A DNA stretch of 58,547 nucleotides from a virus (lineage: Duplodnaviria > Caudoviricetes): positions 1-58,547 of IMG/VR virus record IMGVR_UViG_3300037156_000120. The stretch is one strand, 5' to 3'. This document shows positions 44,035-54,355 of the stretch, in pieces (the first letter of the stretch is position 1; each line of letters begins with the position of its first letter). A program made the translations under genes and the position numbers. A model generated the notes under the pieces. The model saw only the letters and a list, made by a program, of their open reading frames with translations. It had not been told where the DNA came from and did not search any database.

Positions 44035-46652
44035 GTCTAGCCAAAGATGATCTCGCTGGTCTTCCGGACGATGTCCGAGACCTGATACGTCCCCATCTGG
44101 ATCCCGCTGCGGATACACTGGAGTCGATCAGTCTTGCCATTTCGCAAAAGCGCGATGATGCCAAGACAGCGAGATTATCTTCTGGCATCGAAGCCATATG
44201 GGAGGAGTGCGAAGAGGCCTACATCGGCGTCGACGCAGCCAACCGCGGTGAGTTCGGCACCGGCACCTGGGCGAAGCCCATGAGCTCTGACGGCCCGGTC
44301 ACCACCAAGACCGCGCCGCAGGCTACCGATCACAAGTCCACCGTCTTCCTTCGCCTGACTGCACGTTACGTCGACGCTGGCACGGCGAAACTGGCCGAGA
44401 TCCTGCTGCCCGCCAACGACAAGGCCTTCTCGATCACCGAGACGCCGCTGCCTGATCTGATCAAGGCGAAAGATGATCACTCTCAAGTGATGAGTGACGA
44501 AGGAATTCCGCTGACGCGGCCCGCGAAGCCGGGCGAAGTGCCCGCTGCAACGCCGCCGCCCGGCTCGCCGATGATGGCTCCCGCGCCATCAACCTCCGGG
44601 CCGGTTGCCCCAGTCGCAGGATCCTCTCCGCCTGCGGCTGTTGGTGCGACGCCTGCCACTGCCCCAGCTGGAGCGGTCCAGGCTGGGGCAGTTGGCCCGA
44701 CGCCAGCGCCGCGCGTACCGCTCACCGTGTCGGATCTCGCGAATGAGAACCTCGAGCTTGCGCGCAAGAAGGCCAAGATGGCCGAGACGCGCATCTACGA
44801 CTGGATGGTTAAGTCGCGTTACACGACGGAAATGCGCAAGGTCATCTTCGATGCCGCGAAGCTCGGTTCCGGCGTCGTCAAGGGCCCGTTTCCGAAAGCG
44901 TCGCGCGGCATCGCTGTCAACAAGGCGAAGGACGGCGGCGTCGACATCGAGATCAAGGATGACGTCAAGCCCGGCTACAAGCGGGTCGATCTCAATAACG
45001 CATTCCCCGACCCCTCGTGCGGCGAAGATATTCACGATGGCGATTATTTCTTCGAGCGCGATTACCTGTCCGCGCGTCAGGTGCGTAAGCTCAAGAAGCT
45101 CGCCGGTTACGTCGGATCCCAGATCGACAAGGTGCTCACCGAGGGCCCGCAGATCGCGACCACGTCGCAGACCGCGCCCTCGAAACTCGATGATCAGACG
45201 CTGAAGAAAGGCCGCTTCGAGGTCTGGTATTACTACGGCATGCTGACGCGCGACGAGCTCAATTGTGTCTCGACGGCGAGCGGCAAAGCTCTCACCAAGG
45301 ACGACGTGCCGGAAGACAAGCAACAGGTCTACGCGATCTGCACCATGATCAATTCAACGGTCGTGCGCGCGACGATCAATCCGCTCGACAGCGGCGAATT
45401 CCCTTATCACATTATGTGCTGGCAGCGCCGCGCCGGTTACTGGGCAGGCATCGGTGTCGCCGAGCAGCTTCGCGCGCCGCAGCGCATGCTCAACGCCGCG
45501 ACCCGCGCGATGCTCAACAACGCAGGCAAATCCGCTGGTAGTCAGATCGTCCTCGATCAAGGTGCTATCACACCAGCCGACGGCAACTTCACGATCACGC
45601 CGGACAAGATTTGGTACAAGTCCGGCGACAGCATGGGTCAGGATGTCAACGAGGCGTTTGCGATCCACGAAATTCCGAACGTCACCGATCAGATGCTCAA
45701 GATCATCGACTTCGCGCTGAAGCAGGCCGAAGAGGTGACATCAATTCCGCTGGTAACGCAGGGCCAGTCCGGCGCCACGACGCCGGAAACTTTCGGCGCG
45801 ACCCAGCTGCAGGACAACAACGCCAACCAGTTGCTTCGGAATATCGGATGGTCGTTTGATGACAGCGTCACCGAGCCGTTGGTGCGCCAGTCTTACGAAT
45901 ATCTGCTGCTGGATCCGGATGTGCCCGAGGAGGAGAAGGGCGATTTCGTTATCAACGCGCATGGCTCGATCGCGCTGGTCGAGCGTGCGATCCAGAACCA
46001 GACGCTCGCCCAGTTGCTGCCTGTTTCGCTCAATCCTGCTTACGGCATTGACCCGAAGCGCTGCGCCAAGGAATTCTTGAAGTCCAAGAGCTTCAATCCG
46101 GTGGATCTCAATTATACCAACGAAGAGCTGGCCGACATGGCCAAGAACCAACCGCAGCCAATCCCGGTTCAGGTCGCCAACATCAACGCCAGCGTGGTGC
46201 GCGATGGTCTTGTGGCGAAACAGAGCGCCGCCGATCAGACCGTGCAGCATGAGCAGGCATTGCACGAAGCCGAGCAGGCGCTCGCTGGTCAGGATACGCA
46301 GAACGACACCGCGAGAATCGCAGCCGAACAGCAGCGCACCCAGACCGAAGCTACGGTACGCCTGCATGAAATCCAGATGAAGCGCGATGTTGCGATCATG
46401 GATTACGCCAATCGCATGAACATCAGCCTTGCCCAGGCGAAGAAGGATTTGGCGAAGACGGCCATGACGCTGCAGGCGCAGCGCGATCTGAACGCTGCCG
46501 ATAATGCCGTGGATCTTCACAAACACCACAATCCGTCGCCGGTTGATGGTAGCAGCAAGAAGCAACCCACGCACATCATTCCGAGCAATGCCGCCAAACC
46601 GCTGGCGCAGACACCGGGCCGCGCTCCTAACGGGCGGGCATTTGAACAATGA
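44031..46652 (+). CDS. Portal protein
   Basis: 873 aa upstream of scaffold and capsid; G.GV.KGP, G.GVAE, Q.MLNA..RAM..NA motifs and a C-terminal coiled coil. Confidence 0.85.
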   Translation: MSLAKDDLAGLPDDVRDLIRPHLDPAADTLESISLAISQKRDDAKTARLSSGIEAIWEECEEAYIGVDAANRGEFGTGTWAKPMSSDGPVTTKTAPQATDHKSTVFLRLTARYVDAGTAKLAEILLPANDKAFSITETPLPDLIKAKDDHSQVMSDEGIPLTRPAKPGEVPAATPPPGSPMMAPAPSTSGPVAPVAGSSPPAAVGATPATAPAGAVQAGAVGPTPAPRVPLTVSDLANENLELARKKAKMAETRIYDWMVKSRYTTEMRKVIFDAAKLGSGVVKGPFPKASRGIAVNKAKDGGVDIEIKDDVKPGYKRVDLNNAFPDPSCGEDIHDGDYFFERDYLSARQVRKLKKLAGYVGSQIDKVLTEGPQIATTSQTAPSKLDDQTLKKGRFEVWYYYGMLTRDELNCVSTASGKALTKDDVPEDKQQVYAICTMINSTVVRATINPLDSGEFPYHIMCWQRRAGYWAGIGVAEQLRAPQRMLNAATRAMLNNAGKSAGSQIVLDQGAITPADGNFTITPDKIWYKSGDSMGQDVNEAFAIHEIPNVTDQMLKIIDFALKQAEEVTSIPLVTQGQSGATTPETFGATQLQDNNANQLLRNIGWSFDDSVTEPLVRQSYEYLLLDPDVPEEEKGDFVINAHGSIALVERAIQNQTLAQLLPVSLNPAYGIDPKRCAKEFLKSKSFNPVDLNYTNEELADMAKNQPQPIPVQVANINASVVRDGLVAKQSAADQTVQHEQALHEAEQALAGQDTQNDTARIAAEQQRTQTEATVRLHEIQMKRDVAIMDYANRMNISLAQAKKDLAKTAMTLQAQRDLNAADNAVDLHKHHNPSPVDGSSKKQPTHIIPSNAAKPLAQTPGRAPNGRAFEQ

Positions 46653-46870
46653 GCAACGACAAGGTGCCCTTCATTCTTACGTCCGGCGATAAGGTCAGCC
46701 CGACATGGCAGAAGCTCTGCGAGCATTTGGAAAATAAGCTCAAGGATCTTCGTGGCAAGAATGATGACTCGAAGCTCGACGCAATTCAGACCGCAGCACT
46801 TCGCGGTCAAATCCAGACTCTCAAGTCGCTTTTGCAACTTGGAGACATATCGCCGGTCATTCCCGACTGA
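46649..46870 (+). CDS. Small head-associated protein
   Basis: W..L..HL...L..LR..ND...TA.LRGQI..LK.LL; conserved position after the portal. Confidence 0.75.
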   Translation: MSNDKVPFILTSGDKVSPTWQKLCEHLENKLKDLRGKNDDSKLDAIQTAALRGQIQTLKSLLQLGDISPVIPD

Positions 46871-46921
46871 CGGTTAAACAGGTGCCAGTGACGGAAACGC
46901 CGCTGGTCTTAGGAGTTTGAA

Positions 46922-47806
46922 ATGACAGAGAAGACAGAAGTTGTTGACGACACGCAAGCCGACAAGGATTTCGAGGCGGGCTTCACTGCGACTGTAGCGG
47001 CACCGGTAACGGCGGCGTCTGTGGTTGTTGAGGATCCTGCTCTGAAGGCCGATGCGCCTGCGCCGGTCGTGGAGGATCCTGCCGTTGTGGTAGCGCCTCC
47101 CGCAGCGGCACCTGAATATGTCCAGATCACGAAAGAGCAGTTCGCCTCTCTCGAGGCCGCCGCCGCAAAGGTTGGCGACTTCGATAAGAAATTCGACAAG
47201 GCTTTCGGCACGGTCGGCGGCATGCAGGATGTCATCAAGCAATTACAGTCCGCAACGCCCAAAGGCGAGGCCGTCGTGATAAGCGACGACATGTTCGCCG
47301 AAATGGCCGAGGACTATCCGCAGTTGGCTGCGCAGTTTCGTGGCGTCCTCGAGAAAGTTCTCAAGGGTGCTCGCGGTACCGGCACCGCTGACCCGGCTTC
47401 TGTTGACCCCGCCGTGGTTACCAAGATGGTCGCCGATGGCATCAAGCAGCGCGAAATGGATGCGCTGGAGGATGATCATCCCGGCTGGAAGACCATAGTC
47501 GGGGCTGTCGAGAGCGCGGAAAAAGCCGATCCGAACAATCTGTTTCGGAAATGGCTTACCACGCAATCCGAGGCGTATCGAACCAAGATCACTTCCACGC
47601 AGTCAGCGTCCGTGCTGGCGAAGGCGATCGACAGGTTCAAGGAAGCGACGAAAACGCCGCCTCCCCCGCCGAAGGCCCCAACTCTTAAGGACTTGGCCCG
47701 CAAGGCCAATCTCAAGGCCGCAATTCCCCTCAGAGGCGACGGCAATCCGCCACCGCCTTCCAAAAACGCCGACGATGAATTCGAAGCAGGATTCAGGTCT
47801 GGCTAG
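46922..47806 (+). CDS. Capsid scaffolding protein
   Basis: Acidic/Pro-rich and helical, HPGW motif, directly upstream of the capsid gene. Confidence 0.75.
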   Translation: MTEKTEVVDDTQADKDFEAGFTATVAAPVTAASVVVEDPALKADAPAPVVEDPAVVVAPPAAAPEYVQITKEQFASLEAAAAKVGDFDKKFDKAFGTVGGMQDVIKQLQSATPKGEAVVISDDMFAEMAEDYPQLAAQFRGVLEKVLKGARGTGTADPASVDPAVVTKMVADGIKQREMDALEDDHPGWKTIVGAVESAEKADPNNLFRKWLTTQSEAYRTKITSTQSASVLAKAIDRFKEATKTPPPPPKAPTLKDLARKANLKAAIPLRGDGNPPPPSKNADDEFEAGFRSG

Positions 47807-47828
47807 CTCTTGAAAGGAGCACCTTCTC

Positions 47829-48899
47829 ATGGCTTTGCAAAATTTTACGATGACTCCGGGTCGGCTCAACAAGTACAAGGGCCAGATCCTTGCGCATGCT
47901 GTGCCGGTTGAAGTTCTTGGCCGTACGGGTCGCCAGATCCCGTTCCCCAAGAACCAGTCCGACACCTATGTCGCTCGCAAGTGGCTCCCTTACGGTGCTA
48001 CCGCGACCAGCGGCAACACGCAGAATCAGTTCTTCGCGAACGGTACTGGCGATCGCGGCAACGCGATCGTGCAGGCTCATCAGACTGCGGAAGGCGTGAC
48101 GCCGCTGCCCGACAGCATCATGCCGCTGGACATCACTGTCGTGATGCAGCAGTACGCCTGCCTTTACGGCTTCACTGACAAGACCTACGACCTCTATGAG
48201 GACGATATTCCGCAGGCCATGATCACCCAGATTGGCGAGCGCGTCACGTTCGTCAACGAGATGATCCTCTACGGGGCGCTGCGTGCTTGCACCAACCAGT
48301 ATTTCGGCGGCACCGGCACGACCATCGCCACCGTCAATGGTGGTATGACGCTGGGTATGGTTCGCAAGATCGCCAAGAACTTGCAGGCCAATCACGGCAA
48401 GCCGGTCAACGCGATGCTGAAGGCTTCCCAGAACTACGGCACCGATGCCGTGGCGCCGGGCTTCACCGTCTACTGCCATACGGATCTCGAGCCCGACATT
48501 CGCGATCTGCCGAACTTCATCTCCGCTGAGAAGTATGCGACGGGCACCGCGATGCCGAATGAAATCGGCAAGTGCGAACGCTTCCGCTTCATTACTTCAC
48601 CCGATCTGCCTTCCATTCAGGATGGCGGTGCGGCGATCGGCGCCACTGGTCTCTACTCGACCTCGCTTGCCAACATCGACGTGTATCCCTTCATCGTCGC
48701 TGCGGCGGATGCTTGGGGTCAGGTCGCGGTTCGCGGCAAGGACAGCCTCAACCCGACCTATCTGCCCCCGGGCGAGAAGTCGAAGTCGGATCCGCTCGGC
48801 CAGCGTGGCTATGCGGGCACGATCTGGTGGAAGGCCGTGATGATCGAAAATCAAGGATGGATGGCAGTTGGTTTCGTCGGCTCCAAGGTTCTGACGTAA
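47829..48899 (+). CDS. Major capsid protein (N4-gp56-like)
   Basis: EGVTP, QY, HTDLE.DIR, EIG..E.FRFI, DVYP, SDPLGQRG. Confidence 0.92.
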   Translation: MALQNFTMTPGRLNKYKGQILAHAVPVEVLGRTGRQIPFPKNQSDTYVARKWLPYGATATSGNTQNQFFANGTGDRGNAIVQAHQTAEGVTPLPDSIMPLDITVVMQQYACLYGFTDKTYDLYEDDIPQAMITQIGERVTFVNEMILYGALRACTNQYFGGTGTTIATVNGGMTLGMVRKIAKNLQANHGKPVNAMLKASQNYGTDAVAPGFTVYCHTDLEPDIRDLPNFISAEKYATGTAMPNEIGKCERFRFITSPDLPSIQDGGAAIGATGLYSTSLANIDVYPFIVAAADAWGQVAVRGKDSLNPTYLPPGEKSKSDPLGQRGYAGTIWWKAVMIENQGWMAVGFVGSKVLT

Positions 48900-48941
48900 A
48901 CCCGGGTTGATTCCCTAACTTCCTGAGAAAGGAAAAACCCT

Positions 48942-49463
48942 ATGTTTACCGATACCCTCACTCGATACCTCGAGGCGGTGAAAGATTACACTTCGCAGTG
49001 GAATCTTCGCAAAATCCTCGAGCCGATCTTCGATCGAGAATCCTCTCTCGCGCTCAATACCGCGGGTCTGGCCATCAAGGGTGCTAGCGCGAGTCCTACT
49101 GTAGCGTCGGGAGCGGCGGATTGTTATCTGCTCGCTAACGGCGTCCTGCAGAAGATCACCGCTGCCACCGACATGCCTGCTCTTGTCGGAACGGTTCTCA
49201 CTGCCACGTTCAACGTCTTCTGCTTCTTCATTGATTCTGCGGGCACGAAAACCGTGGCGATGGGGACGGCAGGCTCGACTTTGGCGAAGCTGGCGTTTCC
49301 CCAGTTTCCGCAGAAGAAGGCGTTGATCGGCTTTGTCATCATCGCTCCGACCGGCTCTGGCAGTTTCGTTGGCGGCTCGACTAACCTGGATGACGGTGGT
49401 GTCATTCCGGGCGCTGTGTTCATCAACGGCATCGGCTTCGATCCTTACTGCTTGATCGGCTAA
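48942..49463 (+). CDS. Putative capsid decoration protein 1
   Basis: Beta-rich, directly after the capsid gene. Confidence 0.6.
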   Translation: MFTDTLTRYLEAVKDYTSQWNLRKILEPIFDRESSLALNTAGLAIKGASASPTVASGAADCYLLANGVLQKITAATDMPALVGTVLTATFNVFCFFIDSAGTKTVAMGTAGSTLAKLAFPQFPQKKALIGFVIIAPTGSGSFVGGSTNLDDGGVIPGAVFINGIGFDPYCLIG

Positions 49464-49504
49464 GTCGCCGGTTTCAACAATCTCTGTCTCGAAAGGACAA
49501 CACA

Positions 49505-50035
49505 ATGGACTATCAATCGGCTGTTCCCGTCACGATGTGTTTGAGCAAGGTCACCCTTGCTGCGGGAACCACTTCAACCTTGAGCACCACCGGTACCACG
49601 ACCTACGCGATCCGGGGCAAGGCCTACACCAAAGCGGCACTGAGCAATGTGGTCACGCCGACAACTGACTGGGCTACCGGCAAGGCGTTCTTGCCCTGCC
49701 CGGCCAGTTCCGGCACGGTCTACATGATCGGCCTTGATAGCGGCGGGACTGTTCGCGCTGTTCAGGGTACTGTGGTTTCGACAGACGGCGTCGCTCAGAG
49801 CGCGACGGCCTTCAATAACGGTGCTCCGCAGTTCGGCGGAGACGGCCCCGCCGGGTCCGGCTCCACTGACAACGACTTCTGCCCGATCGGTTACATCATC
49901 TTCAAGGCTGACAGCACGGCGAGTTCTTCGCCGGGCGCGGTTCTTGGCTCAGCTAATTTGGCTACGCCAGCGACCGGCATGAGCTACTCGTTTGTGGATG
50001 TGATCACCCAACCGGATCGTCCGCAGATCGCCTAA
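49505..50035 (+). CDS. Putative capsid decoration protein 2
   Basis: Similar size and motifs to the preceding gene. Confidence 0.6.
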   Translation: MDYQSAVPVTMCLSKVTLAAGTTSTLSTTGTTTYAIRGKAYTKAALSNVVTPTTDWATGKAFLPCPASSGTVYMIGLDSGGTVRAVQGTVVSTDGVAQSATAFNNGAPQFGGDGPAGSGSTDNDFCPIGYIIFKADSTASSSPGAVLGSANLATPATGMSYSFVDVITQPDRPQIA

Positions 50036-50044
50036 TGACCTAAC

Positions 50045-50076
50045 GGCGAGGGGCATTGTGCTCCTCGCCGCCTTTC
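50045..50076 (+). terminator. Stem-loop after the head genes
   Basis: GGCGAGGGGCA-TTG-TGCTCCTCGCC followed by a short T-run. Confidence 0.5.
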
Positions 50077-50091
50077 TACCAGGAGAAAAAC

Positions 50092-50595
50092 ATGCGTACC
50101 GAATTACACACCAGTGACATCAAAATCGACCAGAACAGTGATCTGGTTGGTGATGTCGCGCTGAAAGACCGCGAAAGTCCCATTGTCATCGCTGACAAGC
50201 CCTTGAATTCCGATTATCTGGATGAGCTGGCCTTCAACGAAGAGCCCGTCACTATCCGCCTCGAGCCCAGCACCGACAAGAACGCGGCGACTTGGTTTCC
50301 GATCTGGGTCAACGGCAAGGGTGCTGAAGTCCTGATCGATGACAAGTGGGTCGCTTTCGGTTATCTGCCGGTCGCTGTCCCGCTGGTGGTCAAGCGCAAA
50401 TATGTCGAAGTGATTCTGCGCGCCAAGATCGACAACGTCACCACCGAGATCGTCGATCTCAAGACCGATGCGGCCAACGACAAGGAAAATCGCGTGAAGC
50501 GCTTCACCACGGCGGTTCACTCTTTCTCGATCCTGCATGACAAAAATCCGATGGGTAATGCATGGATCAACGAAATCCGTCGCAGGAATATGTAA
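50092..50595 (+). CDS. Hypothetical morphogenesis protein
   Basis: AGGAG RBS; F.EEPV.I, VNG, V.RKYVEVI. Confidence 0.75.
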   Translation: MRTELHTSDIKIDQNSDLVGDVALKDRESPIVIADKPLNSDYLDELAFNEEPVTIRLEPSTDKNAATWFPIWVNGKGAEVLIDDKWVAFGYLPVAVPLVVKRKYVEVILRAKIDNVTTEIVDLKTDAANDKENRVKRFTTAVHSFSILHDKNPMGNAWINEIRRRNM

Positions 50596-50598
50596 CCC

Positions 50599-51312
50599 AT
50601 GAACTATCTTCAACTTTCTCAACGGTTGGCGCAGGAGGTGGGTGTCAGTGGAGCGCTGACGGCAACTGTTGGGCAAGTGGGGAGTCTTCTGCGTATCGTG
50701 ACGTGGATCAATCAGGCTTGGTACGAGCTTCAGACCAAGCACGACGATTGGTCGTGGATGAAATCGAGTTACCTTCTCGGCGGCGGCGTGTCCTTCGCGA
50801 CCGTCGCCGGGCAGGCTTCATATCCTCTCGGCACTGGCGTCGGAACAGTTGGCGTCACAGCTGCTAATTTCGGAAAGTGGGTCGAAGATAGTTTCCGCAA
50901 TTACGCGACGGCGGCCAGCTACACGAACGAAATCTTCATGGACCCGATCACCTTCGAGAGCTGGCGCAATTCCTATATGTACGGCGCGATGCGCAATGTG
51001 AAAACGCGCCCTGTTGCTGCCGCGATTGGACCGGACAAATCTGTTTGTGTCGGTCCACCGTCTGACGGCTCTTGGACCGTCACGGGCGACTATTTCATCG
51101 CGCCGTCGCAAATGGCTGCCGACATCGATGTACCGACTGGTTTACCGCTGCAGTATCACATGGCGATCGTCTATCTCGCCATGCAGATGTACGCTGGTTA
51201 CGAGTCCGCGTCGGAAGTCTTTCAGCGCGGGGAAGCTGGCTACAATAAAGCACTCGCCGAACTCGAAAGACAATATGCGCCGCGTATCGGCTTCGCCGGG
51301 AGTCTTTGCTGA
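50599..51312 (+). CDS. Head-tail adaptor / tail tubular protein A-like
   Basis: M.YLQL..RL..E, W.WM, DVP..LP..YH.AIVY.A. Confidence 0.8.
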   Translation: MNYLQLSQRLAQEVGVSGALTATVGQVGSLLRIVTWINQAWYELQTKHDDWSWMKSSYLLGGGVSFATVAGQASYPLGTGVGTVGVTAANFGKWVEDSFRNYATAASYTNEIFMDPITFESWRNSYMYGAMRNVKTRPVAAAIGPDKSVCVGPPSDGSWTVTGDYFIAPSQMAADIDVPTGLPLQYHMAIVYLAMQMYAGYESASEVFQRGEAGYNKALAELERQYAPRIGFAGSLC

Positions 51313-53441
51313 TGGCGCGCGCTATGAGGTCCATGCAGCAATCGTTTCCGGCAGTAAAGTATTCGGTTACTCGGCTTGGCAGCGGCGTGACTTCGTCCGG
51401 CGTATCATTTCCTGGCGGCCTTGATCAAACGACACCGAGCCTTCAGTTACAGCCCGGCGCCTGCCGCGACGCCATCAATTTTGAATGTAGTCAGTCCGGC
51501 GGTTATGCGCGCATCGAGGGCTACGAGCGCTTTGACGGGCGCCTGTCACCCAGTTCGGCGTCTTATCAAATTATTCAAGTCTCGGCGTTCGTAAACGTCC
51601 CGGTGGTTGGAAACACGATCACTCAGGCGGTCAGCGGTGCCACGGGAAAGGTGGTTGCTGTCGTCAGCGCGAGCGGCGTTTCTTACGTCGCAATTACCAA
51701 GATCACGGGGGTGTTTGATTTTACCGATACCATCTCTGTCGGCGCCACTCTGATCGGAACCGTTATTTTGCAAACTGCGTTGATCACGTCTAAGACCGGC
51801 GCGCAGTATCTCGCGCTGGCGGCGGATGTTTATCGCGCGGATATCGGAGCTGTGCCTGGATCGGGCGCTATCCTCGGTGTCGTCGCCATGAATTTCAGCG
51901 GCACTGACAACGTCTACGCTTTCCGCGGCAACGCTGGAAACACTGCGGTTGCGATCTACAAGCAAAGTGCGTCAGGCTGGACGTTGGTTCCTTTCTATAA
52001 AACCGTCAGCTTCACTACCGGCGGCGTCGCAACGCCAGCCGACGGCGAGACGCTTACGCAAGGCGGCGTGACGGCAACCGTGAAACGTGTCGTGACGCAG
52101 TCGGGAGCGTGGACTGGCGCAGCGGCTGGCCAGTTTGTCATCACGACTCCGAGCGGCGGAAACTTCTCGGGGGCTGGCGCGACGTTGAGCGGTGGCGCTA
52201 CCGTCACTCTTACAGGCATCCAGACTGCGATAACCTTGATCCCCGGCGGCAAGTTTGTTTTTGCCAAGGGAAATTTCTCCGGGCAGTCAACTACACGCCG
52301 GATTTACGGCGTCGATGGCGTCAACAAGGCTTTTGAGTTCGACGGCGGCACGCTCGTTCCAATCGCTACCGGCTTGTCGCCCGACAATCCGAAGTTCATC
52401 TGCATTCACAAGAATTTCCTGTTCCTGTCGAAAGACAGCTCCATCATCTATTCAGGTGCGGGAGTTCCGTATAAATTTGGTTCAGTTGCCGGTGGCGGCG
52501 AGATCGCGACCGGCGACAACGTTACCGGTCTCATCACGCTGCCTGGCAGCCAGACGACAGCCACACTTTGCGTCTACATGCGCAGCAACACGTCGTTCCT
52601 TTACGGCACAGACCCGACGACTTTCAATTTTGTCACCTTCAACACAGGTATCGGCGCTCTCTCGTATACGTGCCAAAATCTGGCCGATACTTTCGCGCTC
52701 GATGATCTCGGTGTCGTCACGCTGAAGACGACCCTGAATTACGGCAACTTTTTGCCGAGCTCGCTGACGAAAGACTTGTACCCATTCATCAAGAATGAGC
52801 GGGCCAAAGTAACTTGTTCGAGCCTGATGCGGTCGAAGAGCCAGTACCGTCTGTTTTTCAGCGATGGCTACGGTCTCTATCTGACATCCGTGAATCAGCA
52901 GTATCTCGGCGCGATGCCGGTTCTGTTTCCGAATCCAGTGAACTGCGTCGACGAGGACGATTCCTCCGATTTCGGAATGGTAAGCTATTTTGGCTCCAAT
53001 GACGGGCTCGGATATGTGTATCAACTCGATATGGGAACGTCGTTTGATGGTGGTGTGATCGACGCGCACATTTCACTGGCGTGGGATGCTTTGAAATCGC
53101 CGCGCATTCTCAAGCGTTTCCGCGCGGCCAGCATCGAGATGCAAGGCAATGCGTACGCGCAGATCAGCTTTGGCTACCAGCTCGGCTATGGGAGCCTAAA
53201 TATCGGCCAACCTGCCAACGTCAACTACTCTTCAGGATTTTCTGGTGTTCCGCTGTGGGATAGTTTCGTGTGGGATAATTTCATCTGGGACGGTCAGACG
53301 TTGATGCCAACAGACGTCGACATGACAGGCACTGCCGAGAATGTTCAGGTGATCCTTAGCTCGACGACGAATTACATTGCGGCCTTTAACGTCAATAGTG
53401 TGATTTACCAGTACACTTCACGCAGAGGAATGCGCGTATGA
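51312..53441 (+). CDS. Tail nozzle / tubular protein B-like
   Basis: About 710 aa, beta-rich, GGLD N-terminus, WD.FVWD repeat near the C-terminus. Confidence 0.75.
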   Translation: MARAMRSMQQSFPAVKYSVTRLGSGVTSSGVSFPGGLDQTTPSLQLQPGACRDAINFECSQSGGYARIEGYERFDGRLSPSSASYQIIQVSAFVNVPVVGNTITQAVSGATGKVVAVVSASGVSYVAITKITGVFDFTDTISVGATLIGTVILQTALITSKTGAQYLALAADVYRADIGAVPGSGAILGVVAMNFSGTDNVYAFRGNAGNTAVAIYKQSASGWTLVPFYKTVSFTTGGVATPADGETLTQGGVTATVKRVVTQSGAWTGAAAGQFVITTPSGGNFSGAGATLSGGATVTLTGIQTAITLIPGGKFVFAKGNFSGQSTTRRIYGVDGVNKAFEFDGGTLVPIATGLSPDNPKFICIHKNFLFLSKDSSIIYSGAGVPYKFGSVAGGGEIATGDNVTGLITLPGSQTTATLCVYMRSNTSFLYGTDPTTFNFVTFNTGIGALSYTCQNLADTFALDDLGVVTLKTTLNYGNFLPSSLTKDLYPFIKNERAKVTCSSLMRSKSQYRLFFSDGYGLYLTSVNQQYLGAMPVLFPNPVNCVDEDDSSDFGMVSYFGSNDGLGYVYQLDMGTSFDGGVIDAHISLAWDALKSPRILKRFRAASIEMQGNAYAQISFGYQLGYGSLNIGQPANVNYSSGFSGVPLWDSFVWDNFIWDGQTLMPTDVDMTGTAENVQVILSSTTNYIAAFNVNSVIYQYTSRRGMRV

Positions 53442-54355
53442 CGACCCCGTATTATAACACCAGCGGCGCACCGACGACTGGCGCGAACGGCTACTCCGCT
53501 ACCATCCGCGCGGAGTTCACAGCTATCGCTGCGGGCTTCGCTCTTCTACCTTCCGCACTGACGGCCAACAAGGCTGTCGTCATGAATGCTGGCGGCACTG
53601 GCATGACGGTGACGGCGGGATCCCTGGCGCTCGCTGGTGATCTCGCGACTACGGGCGCGTTCAACACGACGTTGGTGGCAGGCGCGTCAACTACACTGAC
53701 GCTTCCTGCCGTCAGTGGAACGCTGGCGACACTGGCTGGTACGGAAACGCTGACGAATAAGACGTTAGGCGGGGTGACGGTTACGGGAACTATAATATGC
53801 GCCAGCATACGGGCTAACGGCGCGGGCGCTGGCGGTCGTATCAGCGCCCTTGTCACCGGGTCGGATATAAACTTCTATAGCAATAGCACGGGGCTTCCTA
53901 ACGATCATTCTTGGGAACATTTTGTCGGTCAAATAAATGGCGGCGGCTATGGCGCAATTATTTACGGCAACGGCGACATTGTTAACCAAAACAATTATTA
54001 CGGCGCAATCTCGGACGCCAAGTTGAAGCAAGATATTGTTCCGGCTGTTTCGCAGTGGAGTGACATTAAAGCTATCGGCGGTATTGTTAAAAAATACCAT
54101 CTTAAATCTGATCCGACAGGACCGCTTCAGCTTGGTCTTGTTGCTCAAGATTTGCAGGCGATAAGCCCCGGTCTTGTTGGTGCGACTGACGATTATGAGA
54201 TTGGCGAACCTGACGAGAACGGCAAGCCGACGCGAGTAATGCTTGGCACGCAAACACTGCATGTTAATTACAGCGTTCTCTACATGAAGGCCGTGAAGGC
54301 GTTGGGCGAAGCGCTTGTCCGCATTGAAGCGCTAGAAGCGAAGGTGTCCTTATGA
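53438..54355 (+). CDS. Tail needle/fibre with peptidase S74 intramolecular chaperone
   Basis: SDAKLKQDI, GLVAQDLQ..P.LV, VNY, C-terminal coiled coil. Confidence 0.85.
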   Translation: MTTPYYNTSGAPTTGANGYSATIRAEFTAIAAGFALLPSALTANKAVVMNAGGTGMTVTAGSLALAGDLATTGAFNTTLVAGASTTLTLPAVSGTLATLAGTETLTNKTLGGVTVTGTIICASIRANGAGAGGRISALVTGSDINFYSNSTGLPNDHSWEHFVGQINGGGYGAIIYGNGDIVNQNNYYGAISDAKLKQDIVPAVSQWSDIKAIGGIVKKYHLKSDPTGPLQLGLVAQDLQAISPGLVGATDDYEIGEPDENGKPTRVMLGTQTLHVNYSVLYMKAVKALGEALVRIEALEAKVSL

